Below are positions 8,712 to 19,855 of a DNA stretch of 64,000 nucleotides, one piece after another; the stretch's first letter is position 1; each line of letters opens with the position of its first letter. Source of the stretch: Acidobacteriota bacterium (GTDB taxonomy: Bacteria; Acidobacteriota; UBA890; WLXD01). The DNA lies in the NCBI GenBank assembly GCA_963666215.2, contig CAXWPL010000005.1:1248001-1312000 (forward strand), read 5' to 3'. Below the pieces are notes generated by a model, which searched no databases, was not told where the DNA came from, and saw only the letters and a program-made list of their open reading frames with translations. The position numbers were made by a program, and so were the translations under genes.

Positions 8712-9536
8712 ATGCGGACAAATTTCTCGTTTCCGGACAACGACTGGGCGCTCATACTCGGCGCCAGCAGCGGCTTCGGTGCCGCCACGGCGCGCGAGCT
8801 CTCGAGCCGCGGGCTCAACGTGTTCGGTGTTCACTTAGACCGCAAATCGACCATGCATTTCGCCGAGGAAACGATTGCCGACATCGAGGCGAACGGGCGC
8901 CAGGCGATTTACTTCAACATCAACGCTGCCGACGCGGAAAAGCGAGCGGCCGCGATAACGACGATCAAAGAAACTATCGGCGAGGGAGGCAAAGACGGCG
9001 GAAACGGCATGATCCGCGTGTTTCTGCACTCGATCGCCTTCGCGACGTTGCGACCCTACTTCAGCGAAGAACCCCAGCAAGCGATGTCGCAGCGGCAGAT
9101 GGAGATGACGCTCGACGTCATGGCTCACTCCCTCGTCTACTGGGTGCAGGAGCTCGTCGCCGCTGGGTTGATGCGTCGGCACAGCCGCGTCTTCGCCATG
9201 ACCAGCCTCGGCGGCGACCGCGTTTGGAAGACCTACGGCGCCACCTCGGCTGCCAAGGCGGCGCTCGAGTCACACATCCGGCAGCTGGCGCTGGAGCTAG
9301 CGCCGCACGGAATCGCGGCCAACAGCATCCGCGCGGGAGTTACCGATACCGCCGCGGCTCGCAAGATCCCAGGCATCGAGGCAATGATGGATTGGGCTGC
9401 TCGAGCCAACCCGTACAACCGGCTTACCACCACCGACGACGTAGCCCGAGCCATCGCCGCATTGTCACTCCCGGAGGCAGGTTGGATCACCGGTAACGTC
9501 ATCGGCGTCGACGGCGGCGAGCAGATCGCCGGCTAG
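8712..9536 (+). CDS. SDR oxidoreductase, enoyl-ACP reductase (FabL-like)
   Basis: LILGASSGFG, YGATSAAKAALE, ANSIRAGVTDT, WITGNVIGVDGG. Confidence 0.85.
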   Translation: MRTNFSFPDNDWALILGASSGFGAATARELSSRGLNVFGVHLDRKSTMHFAEETIADIEANGRQAIYFNINAADAEKRAAAITTIKETIGEGGKDGGNGMIRVFLHSIAFATLRPYFSEEPQQAMSQRQMEMTLDVMAHSLVYWVQELVAAGLMRRHSRVFAMTSLGGDRVWKTYGATSAAKAALESHIRQLALELAPHGIAANSIRAGVTDTAAARKIPGIEAMMDWAARANPYNRLTTTDDVARAIAALSLPEAGWITGNVIGVDGGEQIAG

Positions 9537-9699
9537 ATCTCCCTCCTACGGCGACAGGGGACGCGGTGACGAGCTTCAGACCGTCGGCAGAGCGACCACC
9601 TGCCGCCAGTGACCGCATACGGTCGCGCGTTCGTGGTCACCAGGTGCCAGACGCGGGCGCTCCTGGCGGCGCGCTGAAGCCAAAGCGCACGGCAAAGCG

Positions 9700-10230
9700 A
9701 TGAAATTCGCGTTCATCGGTACCCACGGTGTGGGTAAGACCACGCTGGCCTATGGCCTTGCGATGCGCCTCAAGGAGCTCGGCGCCAACGTCGGCTTTCT
9801 CGAGGAAGTCGCCCGCCGCTGTCCATTGCCGATCAACGAGGAGACATCGCTCGACGCGCAGACGTGGATCCTCGTGGAGACCGTGAGGCGCGAGATCGAG
9901 CTCGCGAAGATCTACACCGAGGTCGTCTGCGACCGCTCGGTCCTCGACAACTACTGCTACATGGAGTTCGCACTCGGCCGCAAGCAGGCCCTTTTCGACC
10001 TGGCGCGCTACTGGGCCGGCACCTACGACCTGCTGTTCAAGGTACCGATCCGACCCGAGCTGCTGCAGGACGACGGAACGCGTTCAACCGACCTGGCTTT
10101 CCAGCGCGCCATCGACAAGACGCTCGACGAGATCCTCGAGGAGATGTCGGTCGACGTGCATCGCTTCGAGTCGCTGGACGACACGGTCGATCAGGTGCGC
10201 CTGGTGAGCGGCCGGCTACCTCTGACCTGA
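9700..10230 (+). CDS. P-loop NTPase/kinase, AAA_28 (NadR-type) family
   Basis: GTHGVGKTT, EEVAR, CDRSVLDNYCY, DDGTR. Confidence 0.8.
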   Translation: MKFAFIGTHGVGKTTLAYGLAMRLKELGANVGFLEEVARRCPLPINEETSLDAQTWILVETVRREIELAKIYTEVVCDRSVLDNYCYMEFALGRKQALFDLARYWAGTYDLLFKVPIRPELLQDDGTRSTDLAFQRAIDKTLDEILEEMSVDVHRFESLDDTVDQVRLVSGRLPLT

Positions 10231-10766
10231 TACCGCTCCATCAACGCGTCTTCAGGCGGCGCGCTGGGCGGAGGGTGGTTGTGAAGTGGAGGGAGGCGAG
10301 GGGCAGCGAGTGATCGTGTTGCCTGCCGCCAGTAGCTCGCCATGGCTCGCGGTTCCTGCCCGATCGACCGACCGTTCGCGATCGAGGTCAGCGAGTCGAA
10401 GTAACGTGAAACTCCCTTCGAGCGAACTCTCGGCCCAAGAGCCAGGCGACGACGGTCGGCAGCGCATCGTGCAAGCCGCGGTATCGGTTGGAGGGGCATC
10501 GGGAGCGCGGAGGCGAGCCGGGGGGGGGGGGGATCGTAGCGGCTCTCGCGGATCGGCGGATCGGTCGTCGCCATCTCCTTAGCGGTTGCGAACGCTAGCT
10601 CCCGGAAACTGCGACCAAGCTACAAGCGTCAGTCGGCCTAGATGCGCCCCCGGCTCGCCTCCGCGCGCCTGAAACGCACCCCCCACCCACTCAACCCAAC
10701 GCCCACCTCACGAAGAACATCCTCCGCATCCCGGTTGCCTTTGGATCTCCGAAGTGAGCCCCTAGT

Positions 10767-11769
10767 TGTGTTTTCTAAGTAGGTTGTTCACATCGGGGCT
10801 CACTTCTGAGATCAATGGGGTTGTTCAAAAGACTCCACGACCTCAGAAGGAGCGCCCGATGCAGCTGCATGGTAACGCCCGCACGATGCCGTATATACGC
10901 CGAGAGATGGTCCGCCGAGTCCGGGAGCGGGCGGAGCCCGTGACGGAAACGGCGGCGGCGCTCGGCGTGTCGGCTCGAACGGTTTACAAGTGGCTGGATA
11001 GATACGAGCGAGAAGGTGAGGCCGGGCTGCTCGATCGATCAAGCCGGCCGACGTGCTGTCCGCACGCAACAAGCGCTGGAGTTGTGAGGCAGATCGACAA
11101 GCTACGTCGGCGGCGACTGACGGCCTGGCAGATCAGCCGAAGGTTGGCTGTGCCGCGCTCGACCGTCTCGGCTGGCTGAAGCGGCTCGGACTCGCCAGCT
11201 TGATGCGCTCGAGCCCAAGCCCGAGATCGTTCGCTACGAGTACGAGCACCCCGGTGACCTACTGCACCTGGATACGAAGAAACTGGCCCGTATCCGGCGA
11301 CCTGGACACCGCATCCACGGCGACCGCTCCAAGCGGGCCTACGGCGTCGGCTGGGAGAACGCCCACGTCGCTATCGACGATCACTCTCGGGTGGCGTACG
11401 TCGAAGTGCTGCCCCTGAAGACCAACACACCTGCACAGCGTTCCTGCAGCGAGCCGTCGAGCACTTCGCTTCGATGGGAGTAGCGGTGCGCGAGTGATGA
11501 CAGACAACGGGCCTGGCTACGTCTCGAAGCGCTTCAATCTATGCCACCTCGAACGCACATTTACACCCGGCCCTACACCCCCAGAACCAACGGCAAAGCC
11601 GAACGCTTCATCCGCACACTCAAGGAGCAGTGGGCCTACGGCACCTGCTACCAGACCTCAGCTCGACGTACTCGAGCTCTACGGCCCTGGCTCAACCACT
11701 ACAATCGTCACCGTCCCCACGCCGGCATCGGCATGACACCGCCGATCGCTCGGAGGGGTGAGTTCGTGA
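10767..11769 (+). mobile_element. IS481-family element, degenerate copy (frameshifts, right end incomplete)
   Basis: Starts TGTGTTTTCTAAGTAGGTTGTTCAC after CCTAGT; near-identical to 19856-20922 with many small deletions. Confidence 0.9.
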
Positions 11770-11773
11770 GCCC

Positions 11774-14398
11774 CTAGTCGGACTCCTGCGGTGGGAAGAT
11801 CGCGTTGAAGATCACCTTGAACGTGTGGTGCGCCTGAGCGCGATACTCGGGCGAGAATCCGACACGGATCACGCGACCCTGTCCCACTCGGTTCTCGAGC
11901 AGAGCGCTGTTGCCAGCCAGACGTTCCTCTCCTTGGATCCAGCCGCTGAGTAGTAGATCGGAGCTCGGGTAGGTGGCGACGCTGGTCGCCTGCTCACCGG
12001 CGGGCGACCAGAAGGGGCTGTTCCAGTAGAAGATCGGCGTCTCGGGCGTCAGCCCGAAACCGAGCGGGTGGTCCACGTCGACCTCTACACGCAGCAGCGA
12101 GCCGGGGATGTTGAACTCGGTGCGCGACAGCCCCGTCCCCAGGCTGTCACCGGATGCGCCCAGATGCTGCGAGGCGAAGCCGGTGGCACGGCCCCAGGTG
12201 AACACCGTGCCGCCCTCCTCGACATACGCTCGCAGCATCGCCACACCCTCCTCGCCCAGCCCGCCGGCGTACTGCGGTGGCGCGGCGGCAGTCTGGCGTC
12301 CGCGGGAGTTGCTCGGGGTCGCCGAGCGCCCGTCGACGATAGCCGTGGAGCTGTTGTCGGGTACGAAGATCACACCGAATCGCGCCAGGTCGCCGGCGCG
12401 GATGTCGTCGTCGTGCAGAACCTCGAACGGGATCTGGTGCTGATCGAGGACGAACCGCAGCCAGCCCTCCGGCATGCTCGCGACGTAGCTCTGGTAAATC
12501 CCTACGGCCGGCGGACCTACCCAGCCCTTGGCGACGCCGGGAAGCCTGGCCACTCCGAACGCTCGCACATGGTGCTTACGCACGGCCGCCGCAAGCTCCT
12601 GCCGCACGAGAATCCCATCAGCGCCGGCGGGCAGCTGTTGTATCCAAGTTCCCGCGGGCCAAGCGCGCCCCGCTGCCTCGAAGCCGCGCGTCGATCGTGA
12701 CAGACTGCGGCCCCCCATTGCCGCCGCTACGCTGTAGGAGTTGTTAACCTGCGGATCCATCAGATACGCCACGGCCGCGTCGGTGCCTGCGGGCTCAACC
12801 AGGCCGCCGGCCGGCGCCATCACCGTCTCGACGAGCTCGGCGGCAACGTCGAACGCGGCATCAACGCGATCGACACGCACGTTCATCAGCATAGGTAGCG
12901 TGTGCGCGGTGACGTCGTACGGCGGGTCGAGCGGTCCCCCTTCGTAGAGGTAGAGCTGCGGGTATTCCTGACGCTCCAGCACGCTCTTGGCAAAACGGCC
13001 GGCCGGCTGGGCGAAACGAACGATGTGTGATCCGGCAGCATAGTCGCGACCACCGGCGCGGAACGCCGCCCCAGCGCGCTCGATGTCGACATCGGCGATC
13101 TGCAGCACCTTGAGCAACTTCGCCGTGACCGGCGGATCAACCTGATTGGCCGGCAGCACGAAGGCGAATGGCGGATCGCTCGAAAGATCAGGCTCGACTG
13201 AACGACGCTGGGCAGCGTACATCCCCGCTAGCAGATGCTCACGTAAATCGGCCGCGGCACGAAGCGCCGCCATTGCCGAGGTGTAGTGGTAGTCGACCAC
13301 CTCCGAGAAGCGCCACGTGCCGCCCTGCCACGGCATCGGGAAATACCAGTGCCGCTCCTGATGCGTCGAGCCGATGGCCTCGAACGGGACCTCGATGTCG
13401 TCGGCGAAGTTCGCGCTAGCGACCTCGGTGAGAATCCGCACGCCGCCGTGCGTGTGGTAGTAGGCCCGGGCCGGCGTCCACGCGTCGTAGCGCTGCTTCC
13501 ACTCCACACCCGCATAGCCGCGCGCGGTGAGGTACTGGCCCATGAAGGCGCCGATCATGTTGTTCGAGGCCTGAATCGCCGGATCGACATTGGGCTCCCA
13601 CGGATCCTCGAACGGAGGCACGAAGATGCGCGAACCCGTCGAGCCTTGCTGATGCTGATCGAGCGTGAATTGGGGGTGCAGCAGGTTCTGCATCTGAATC
13701 GACAGCCGCGTCTCGACCTGCGTAAACATGTACCAGTCGCGGTTGTTGTCGTGGCCGACATACTTCTGGTAAAGGAACGGCGGCTGTGAGTTCTCGTGCT
13801 CCGTGCCGCGATAACGATCGAGCCACTCGTAGACCATCTCCTGGCCGTCCGGGTTGTGCACCGGAACGTGGGCGACGACGACGTTCTCGAGAATCTTCTC
13901 GACCTCGGCGTCGGTACCCGTCGCCAGCCGATGAGCGAGCAGAATGCCGCCCTGCGACGCACCGACCTCGGTCGAATGAATCTGCCCGTTGACGATGACA
14001 AACGAAGGGTTCGAGGCAATGATCGCTTGGGCCTCCTCGTCGCCAACGCCGCGCGGATCGTAGAGCTTGTCGTTGGCTTCGATGAGCTCATCGAGGCGAG
14101 CGAGATTCTCGGGCGACGAGACCAGCGCGTAGTAGAAGGGCCGAAGCTCGGTTGTGCGCCCAACCTGTCGCAGCTGCACCCGATCGGTACGCTCCGCCAG
14201 CACCTCGTAGTAGCGCAGGATCTCGGAGTGCGGAATCAGCACGCCGGCCGCGCCGATGGTGCGCCCAAAGAACTCGGCGGGGGTCGGGATTGCCGACTGC
14301 TGACTGCCGACGCTCGCCGGCGGCCCGCCACCCAGCCCCAGAACGAGCAGGAGGACGAGGACGGAAGGACGCATACGGCGCATACGGGAGGCTCTCAT
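11774..14398 (-). CDS. M14 zinc carboxypeptidase-family protein, secreted
   Basis: Signal peptide, IHSTE, HNPDG, HDNNRDW, DQHQQG, PYDVTAHTLP, C-terminal GATase-like domain. Confidence 0.9.
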   Translation of the reverse strand: MRASRMRRMRPSVLVLLLVLGLGGGPPASVGSQQSAIPTPAEFFGRTIGAAGVLIPHSEILRYYEVLAERTDRVQLRQVGRTTELRPFYYALVSSPENLARLDELIEANDKLYDPRGVGDEEAQAIIASNPSFVIVNGQIHSTEVGASQGGILLAHRLATGTDAEVEKILENVVVAHVPVHNPDGQEMVYEWLDRYRGTEHENSQPPFLYQKYVGHDNNRDWYMFTQVETRLSIQMQNLLHPQFTLDQHQQGSTGSRIFVPPFEDPWEPNVDPAIQASNNMIGAFMGQYLTARGYAGVEWKQRYDAWTPARAYYHTHGGVRILTEVASANFADDIEVPFEAIGSTHQERHWYFPMPWQGGTWRFSEVVDYHYTSAMAALRAAADLREHLLAGMYAAQRRSVEPDLSSDPPFAFVLPANQVDPPVTAKLLKVLQIADVDIERAGAAFRAGGRDYAAGSHIVRFAQPAGRFAKSVLERQEYPQLYLYEGGPLDPPYDVTAHTLPMLMNVRVDRVDAAFDVAAELVETVMAPAGGLVEPAGTDAAVAYLMDPQVNNSYSVAAAMGGRSLSRSTRGFEAAGRAWPAGTWIQQLPAGADGILVRQELAAAVRKHHVRAFGVARLPGVAKGWVGPPAVGIYQSYVASMPEGWLRFVLDQHQIPFEVLHDDDIRAGDLARFGVIFVPDNSSTAIVDGRSATPSNSRGRQTAAAPPQYAGGLGEEGVAMLRAYVEEGGTVFTWGRATGFASQHLGASGDSLGTGLSRTEFNIPGSLLRVEVDVDHPLGFGLTPETPIFYWNSPFWSPAGEQATSVATYPSSDLLLSGWIQGEERLAGNSALLENRVGQGRVIRVGFSPEYRAQAHHTFKVIFNAIFPPQESD

Positions 14399-14682
14399 TT
14401 GTTCTCCGGGTGACGACAGGGCGGCGATGGATTCGTGGGGTCGCTTGCGGGCACAGCGCCACAGCCAGGAGGGCGCTGTTGTCACGCCTCCTCCCCGAGC
14501 GCCGGCCCGCGTTCCCCAAGAATGTCAGACCTGCCGGCCATCGACAGCCACCGCCCCGGGGCAGTGATAGCCGATCACCCCGATCCGAAGGTCACGACGA
14601 CCACGGCGAGAACCCGCAGGAGCTAAGCTCGCCCTAAAGGCGGACGGTGAGATATCCACACGACCCGCATGCGAGGAAACCC

Positions 14683-15156
14683 ATGAGTAACGAGCCGTTC
14701 TACGTTGCGCGCGCCATCGTCAGCAAGGTTGAAGGCGTCCATCGACGCGCTCGTCTCGCGGTGGGTGCCGCAGGCACCGACGTCGACTTCGGCGTCCACG
14801 GCGACATCAAGCGCTACTTCAAGCTCGAGGGCGCCCCCGACCTGCCGCTACCCGTCGACTACATCGCGGCTGCCGTCGGTTCTTGAATGCTCGGCACCCT
14901 AAACGGCGCACTGAAGGTGCGTCAAGTCGTGCTGCCGCCCGCCGATATTTCGTGTGTGGTCGAGGGCGTAAATGAGCTGATCGACCGGATTCCCGTGCTG
15001 ACCCGGATCACGCTCCACTACAAGCTCCGTATCCCCGACGGAACGCGAGAGACTGTCGATCGCGCTCTCTCGCGCCATCAGGACAAGTGCCCAACGGCTC
15101 AGAGCTTGAAACAGTCGGTGGACATCTCCTGGACGGCCGACATCGAGGAAGCCTAG
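14683..15156 (+). CDS. OsmC-like selenoprotein (in-frame TGA at 14884-14886)
   Basis: Two abutting in-frame ORFs: VDYIAAAVGS-U-MLGTL...HQDKCPTAQSL; U sits at the first OsmC catalytic Cys; hairpin 14905-14923. Confidence 0.85.
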
Positions 15157-15369
15157 CGGGCTCAGCGGCTCCGACCCAAGAGATGGCGTCGGCCGCGGTG
15201 CACCTTCGGTTGTAGGTGTCGTCGACTGACTGCCGTAGAACGAGCCCGACGCGGGGCGCGCTGTTTGCCAGGGCTGTGGCACGGGTCTGCTACTCGGACA
15301 TCAAGAGTCGCGACCACGCAGCCAAGAGGTGACGCGGTCGCGACTCTGACGGCAAGACCGCCCCCTAGT

Positions 15370-15656
15370 TGTGTTTTCTAAGTAGGTTGTTCACATCGGG
15401 GCTCACTTCTGAGATCAATGGGGTTGTTCAAAAGACTCCACGACCTCAGAAGGAGCGCCCGATGCAGCTGCATGGTAACGCCCGCACGACGCCGTATATA
15501 CGCCGAGAGATGGTCCGCCGAGTCCGGGATCGGGCGGAGCCCGTGACGGAAACGGCGGCGGCGCTCGGCGTGTCGGCTCGAACGGTTTACAAGTGGCTGG
15601 ATAGATACGAGCGAGAAGGTGAGGCCGGGCTGCTCGATCGATCAAGCCGGCCAACG
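15370..15656 (+). mobile_element. IS481-family element, 5' fragment
   Basis: Same left end after CCTAGT; identity stops after DRSSRPT. Confidence 0.88.
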
Positions 15657-16016
15657 TCGCCCCGTGAGTGCCGTCCGGTAGCTGGCCATGGGACACAAGC
15701 GGCCAAGTATGGGCGTCGCGGAGGCCGTGGCGGCGAACCTTCTCCGGTGCGTACTCAAGCGGCAGCCGTGGCGCGTCGTCCGGGGGCTTGCGGTTCGCGG
15801 CGCGGCGTGTGTTACGCTGCATCTGTTAGCCTCTGGCTGCTACTCAATAGAGCAGCATCTTGGGGTTGAAGAAAACACACTCTGCCCGCCCGTCATGGCT
15901 TACCTCCTAGCGATCGGGCGTGTGTGTGGGATGCAAGAATACCACCAGTTCCCCGGCAGCACGGACGTAACGTGCCGGGGATCTTGGTGTTTCAGGGGTC
16001 GTGCGGAACTGAAGAC

Positions 16017-16052
16017 GGATAAGAGTATAAGAGTTTCCTTATACTCTTATCC
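16017..16052. repeat. Perfect 15-bp AT-rich inverted repeat
   Basis: GGATAAGAGTATAAG-AGTTTC-CTTATACTCTTATCC. Confidence 0.85.
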
Positions 16053-16573
16053 CCATTGCCAAGCTCCCAATGATGCCCCTCTCGGCCGCGTGTCGCCGTG
16101 GTGTAGCCACGTGTCGAGAAAACGCTTCCAGAGGATCGCTTCTAACGCACGGCAGCACCCCGGAGCGAGCGGTTGCCCGTGGCTATTTCAGCATCCGTGC
16201 ACGGGGCCGCTACGGCCTCTCAGGCAGGGCCCCATCCAGACAGCCTCGGGCGCTCGTAGACTTCCACCGTGACCACGCGGCCTTCGGCGTCGCAAGAGTA
16301 GAGCCACGCCGGGGTCACGGCGGCCGTGCGCGGCCCTGTAGGCGAGACGACAGAGCCGGCCATCGCACGGCCCAATCTGCCTCGAGATTCTCCGCGAGGT
16401 TGGACGACTGCAGCGCGAGCTAGCCGGCCGCGACGTCATCGTCCGTGCCGCGCCGGCGGTGGGCCGTGCGCTCGAAAACGAGAGTCACGCCGTCCTCGAG
16501 GGCATCCGTCACATGCTCAACTCGCCGGTCCAGGTGCTACCCGATCACAGCCTGCACCAGGAGCGCTTCGAGG

Positions 16574-17491
16574 TCACCGCGCGTTAGAAGCTCGCGGCGT
16601 GCGCTCGCGCCGACCGACCGGAGCCAGCGGAACGAGAGCGCTGGCGATCAGGAAGCGGCCGAACAGCTCCGCCACGACCTGGCGCGGGATGTCGCTGATC
16701 GTGATCGACCTCCCAACAATCGACGGGTCGGCGGCGAATCGCTGCGTCCAGAACCCATACGACAGGATCACCGCCTGCGGGCCGTCCCACGCCCCCTCTT
16801 CGAGCGTGAAGTTGCGGCCGTGAAGAGGCTGCACGCCGAGCACATCCAGGAAGTCATGCGCCACGTCGACACCAACGAGCCGCTCGGGCTGACCTTCACC
16901 CGTGAGGTTGTAGTTGCCCTGTTGAAAGAACGCGTTGTATCCGGTGAGACCGTCGAACGACGTCGCCAAAGCGCGAAAGTCGCGGAGGTTGCTGGTGCGC
17001 GATGTCACGGCCGACATGCCGCCGAAAACCTCACTGTTGGCGATCCAAACCAGGCGCTCGGGCTCGGGAAACGGGAGCGAACGCACCATGAGCGGGCTCA
17101 TCACACTGAACACGGCCGTGCTAGCGCCAACCCCGAGCGCCACGATCAAGGTGGCAAACGCGAAGAAAGCCAGGTCTTTGCGAACCGCCCGGCAGGCGTA
17201 GCGAGCGTCTTGGGCAATGCCGATGGTGCTGAAGGAATCCGTCATCGATCCGTCTCCGGTGACATCTCGATGTCGAGGCCAGACGACGTCCAGCACGCGA
17301 TGGGTGATCAGGCTCAGGGTCAGCGGTAGAGCATGGCGCCAGTACCAGACGTGCCTGGCAACCGCGCCGCGGCTGCGCGCGATGCGGGCGAAGTCTTCAC
17401 GCAGATCGCCGAGCACGGCGCTGGCGGCGCCGTCGCGCGGCAGAGCACGCGCCAGCAGCCACTGGGGAAGTGCGGGCGGGCGGGTGGTCAT
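16574..17491 (-). pseudogene. ADOP/MacB-like ABC permease, truncated
   Basis: VLGDLREDF...WYWR, QDARYACR, LALGVGASTAVFSV, LGVQPLHGRNF, VILSYGFW; family similarity ends near 16670. Confidence 0.85.
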
Positions 17492-17814
17492 GGGCGATCG
17501 AGCAGCGGCCCGAGTCCCTCGAAGAAGTCGAACAGAACGGCCCGCGAAGCACGAACCGCCTCGAGGCCCGCTTCGGTCACCTTCAGTCGCCGCATCGGGT
17601 GGCCACCGCGCTCGGGCGTGCTACTCGGCTCCAGCTCCCACTCGATGAGGCCCTTGGTGTTGAGGCGATCGAGAGTGCGGTAAAGGGCACCTCGCGTGAC
17701 CGAGCGACCGGCGTTGTCTTGAAGGTCCTCGCGGATGCGGTTGGCGTACGGGTTGTCGGCCTGGCGCAGGATGGCCAGCACGACGAGCAGCTCGAACTCT
17801 CCGATCTTTGCCAT
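17488..17814 (-). CDS. PadR family transcriptional regulator
   Basis: IGEFELLVVLAIL, GRSVTRGALYRTLDRL..KGL, ERGG, VTEAG. Confidence 0.92.
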   Translation of the reverse strand: MAKIGEFELLVVLAILRQADNPYANRIREDLQDNAGRSVTRGALYRTLDRLNTKGLIEWELEPSSTPERGGHPMRRLKVTEAGLEAVRASRAVLFDFFEGLGPLLDRP

Positions 17815-17849
17815 GGGGAGTTGTCCTGGTAAGGCAGTTTTCGAGAAAT

Positions 17850-17879
17850 ACTTTGTATACCTTGTGTAGGATACAAAGT
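17850..17879. promoter_or_regulatory. Probable PadR operator palindrome
   Basis: ACTTTGTAT-N12-ATACAAAGT about 35 bp upstream of the padR start. Confidence 0.6.
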
Positions 17880-18067
17880 CTTCTTCGACCGCGTCAACCA
17901 TGGTTGACGCTTCGGTCGCGATCGTTCGGAGCGCACACATGCCCGACTCCGGATTGCCGAGCTCCGCGGGCGAGGCGGTCCTGCAGCGCGGTGAACGGTA
18001 GCTCGCTCGCGTACAGGAGCGGATGCCCGGTACGCATGACCGCAACAGTCGCGGCGTTGTGTGGGCG

Positions 18068-19471
18068 CTAGTCGACGATGGCCTCGTAGAGATAGATCGT
18101 CCGTGCGGAGTCGGCAACAGCCGCGCGATCGAGAAGCCTGAAGCGGGTGGCAAACGCCGCTTCGAAGCCGTTTTCTGAGTAGTCGTCGAAAATGTCCTCG
18201 CGCGTCGCGAGCAGGCGTGCCACCTGAGAGTCTTCCTTGGGCACGAACTCGATCACGAGGTGCCGGCAGAGGCCTGCCAGAAAGGCGGCGATCTTCGGCA
18301 GCGGGACGTTGTTGCCGATGGCGAGGTGGTGCACAAGCGCGAGACCCAGGATCAGGTCGGCGGGTCCCCGTTGGCTGATCGAGTCGCGCTCCCGCGATGC
18401 CCATCCCAACGAAGGGCTCGGATTCGCGAGATCCATCAGCAGCGGCAGCATGTGGCTCTCGTTGCGGTGCCGCACGTCGCGGTAGTTGTTCTCCACGGCC
18501 GCCGGATCGCCATCGATTGCCACGGTGTACGCACCCGCGGCGCTCGCGACTCGGCTGAAGCGGCCGTCGTTCGCCCCCAGATCCCACGCCGTGCGAGGCT
18601 GGACTCGCGCCACGAAGCGCTCGACGATGGAGTGCTTGGCTTCGTGGGCAGCGCTCGAGTAGTTCGTCTCGTCGTAGTAGTCACCCCAGATGGTCTTCGA
18701 CGTCGGTAGCTCCAGACCGGCCACACTACTCTGCAAACTGTCGACGAGACCCAGAAGGGCGTTGCGCGAGAGTTTGGCCTCACGCGCGTCAGCAGAAGCT
18801 TCCGGTTTGGCGACGGCCTTGGCCACCGCTCTACCGTGAGCGTGGATGTGCATCTGAAGGCCGAGGCGGAGGCGTGTACAGATCGGTAGCGCTCGACTCG
18901 CCAGCCCGATATCGATGCCGCCGAGGTTGGTGCGGAGTAGCTTGAGAAACCCGATGTCGACGTACGCTGCAAGCGTCAGCGGAGCCAGGAAGTGCTGGCA
19001 GAACTGGTTGTAGGCACCCCAGGGTCGACCCTCGGGATAGGCCTCGAAGCTCAACGTGTCGATGAAGACCGGGCGGCCACCGAGGTACTGAACGTTGTAG
19101 GCACTCGCGTCGCGCAACCACAGGCCGTGCGTCAGAGCGCGCTTCTGTAGCGCCAGCGTCAGTAGGGCCGCGTCCCTGAGCTGTCCAAAGCACCACTCGT
19201 AGGGATACGAGACGAAGGGCACCTGATCGGGTCGCAGGATCTTGTAGGCGCCAGCCCCGACGCTCAGCGATTCCGGATCGATTTCTTCGTGACGAATCAG
19301 CTCGCCGGCGTCCATCGCCGCGCGGTAGAAGCCGCTCTTGACGATGTGCTCGTAGGTCGCTGCGTACGAGTCGCTGATTTGACGATAGACCGTGCCGTCG
19401 TCGCGAAAAACGAAACCCGAGGGGTCGCGAAACGAGGCTGGAAGTGGTTCCGCGGTGTCGCGCCTAGTCAA
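18068..19471 (-). CDS. NoeA-like SAM-dependent methyltransferase
   Basis: SFRDPSGFVF, SYPYEWCF, DASAYNVQ, WDLGANDGRFS, LALVHHLAI; start uncertain. Confidence 0.85.
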   Translation of the reverse strand: MTRRDTAEPLPASFRDPSGFVFRDDGTVYRQISDSYAATYEHIVKSGFYRAAMDAGELIRHEEIDPESLSVGAGAYKILRPDQVPFVSYPYEWCFGQLRDAALLTLALQKRALTHGLWLRDASAYNVQYLGGRPVFIDTLSFEAYPEGRPWGAYNQFCQHFLAPLTLAAYVDIGFLKLLRTNLGGIDIGLASRALPICTRLRLGLQMHIHAHGRAVAKAVAKPEASADAREAKLSRNALLGLVDSLQSSVAGLELPTSKTIWGDYYDETNYSSAAHEAKHSIVERFVARVQPRTAWDLGANDGRFSRVASAAGAYTVAIDGDPAAVENNYRDVRHRNESHMLPLLMDLANPSPSLGWASRERDSISQRGPADLILGLALVHHLAIGNNVPLPKIAAFLAGLCRHLVIEFVPKEDSQVARLLATREDIFDDYSENGFEAAFATRFRLLDRAAVADSARTIYLYEAIVD

Positions 19472-19715
19472 CAGCGTCCTGGCGGGGTGTCTCTTCCGCG
19501 CCCGGCTTTCCGGCGACAAGCTGCTTGAGCTTTCGCCAGTTGACCTTGATCAGGTAGAGGCCGCCAGCGATTGCACCGACGATGCCTTGGAATAGGAAAC
19601 TGCCGGTTACCGGGTCGATGTAGGCGTAGGCCGGCAACGGAACGCTCGCCAGCAAAGCCAGCGGCAAACCGAGAGCGGCTGCGCAGCGAGCCTTATCACG
19701 AGTGGCTGGAGTCAT
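19464..19715 (-). CDS. Small membrane protein with YIDPxTGS motif
   Basis: Signal-like helix, AYIDPVTGSFLFQGIVG, second helix; overlaps the methyltransferase start. Confidence 0.75.
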   Translation of the reverse strand: MTPATRDKARCAAALGLPLALLASVPLPAYAYIDPVTGSFLFQGIVGAIAGGLYLIKVNWRKLKQLVAGKPGAEETPRQDAVD

Positions 19716-19855
19716 GGGTGAGCCCGTTACGTCGGTATGGGAGAGCGTGCGGAAACCGGTTGTCGATGATGGTGGCAGCGAGACTCACGGTAGCGAACAC
19801 CAAAGCGCGGGGAGCGTTGAGGTGGTTCGCTGCCTCGAGGGATTGTACTGCTAGT

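Noticed and set aside
10231-10600. ORFs after the AAA_28 gene
   Set aside because: No recognisable protein; a long G run and proximity to scrambled IS sequence suggest decay or low-quality consensus
15277-15291. TGGCACGGGTCTGCT as a sigma54 promoter
   Set aside because: Spacing is 9 and no gene follows
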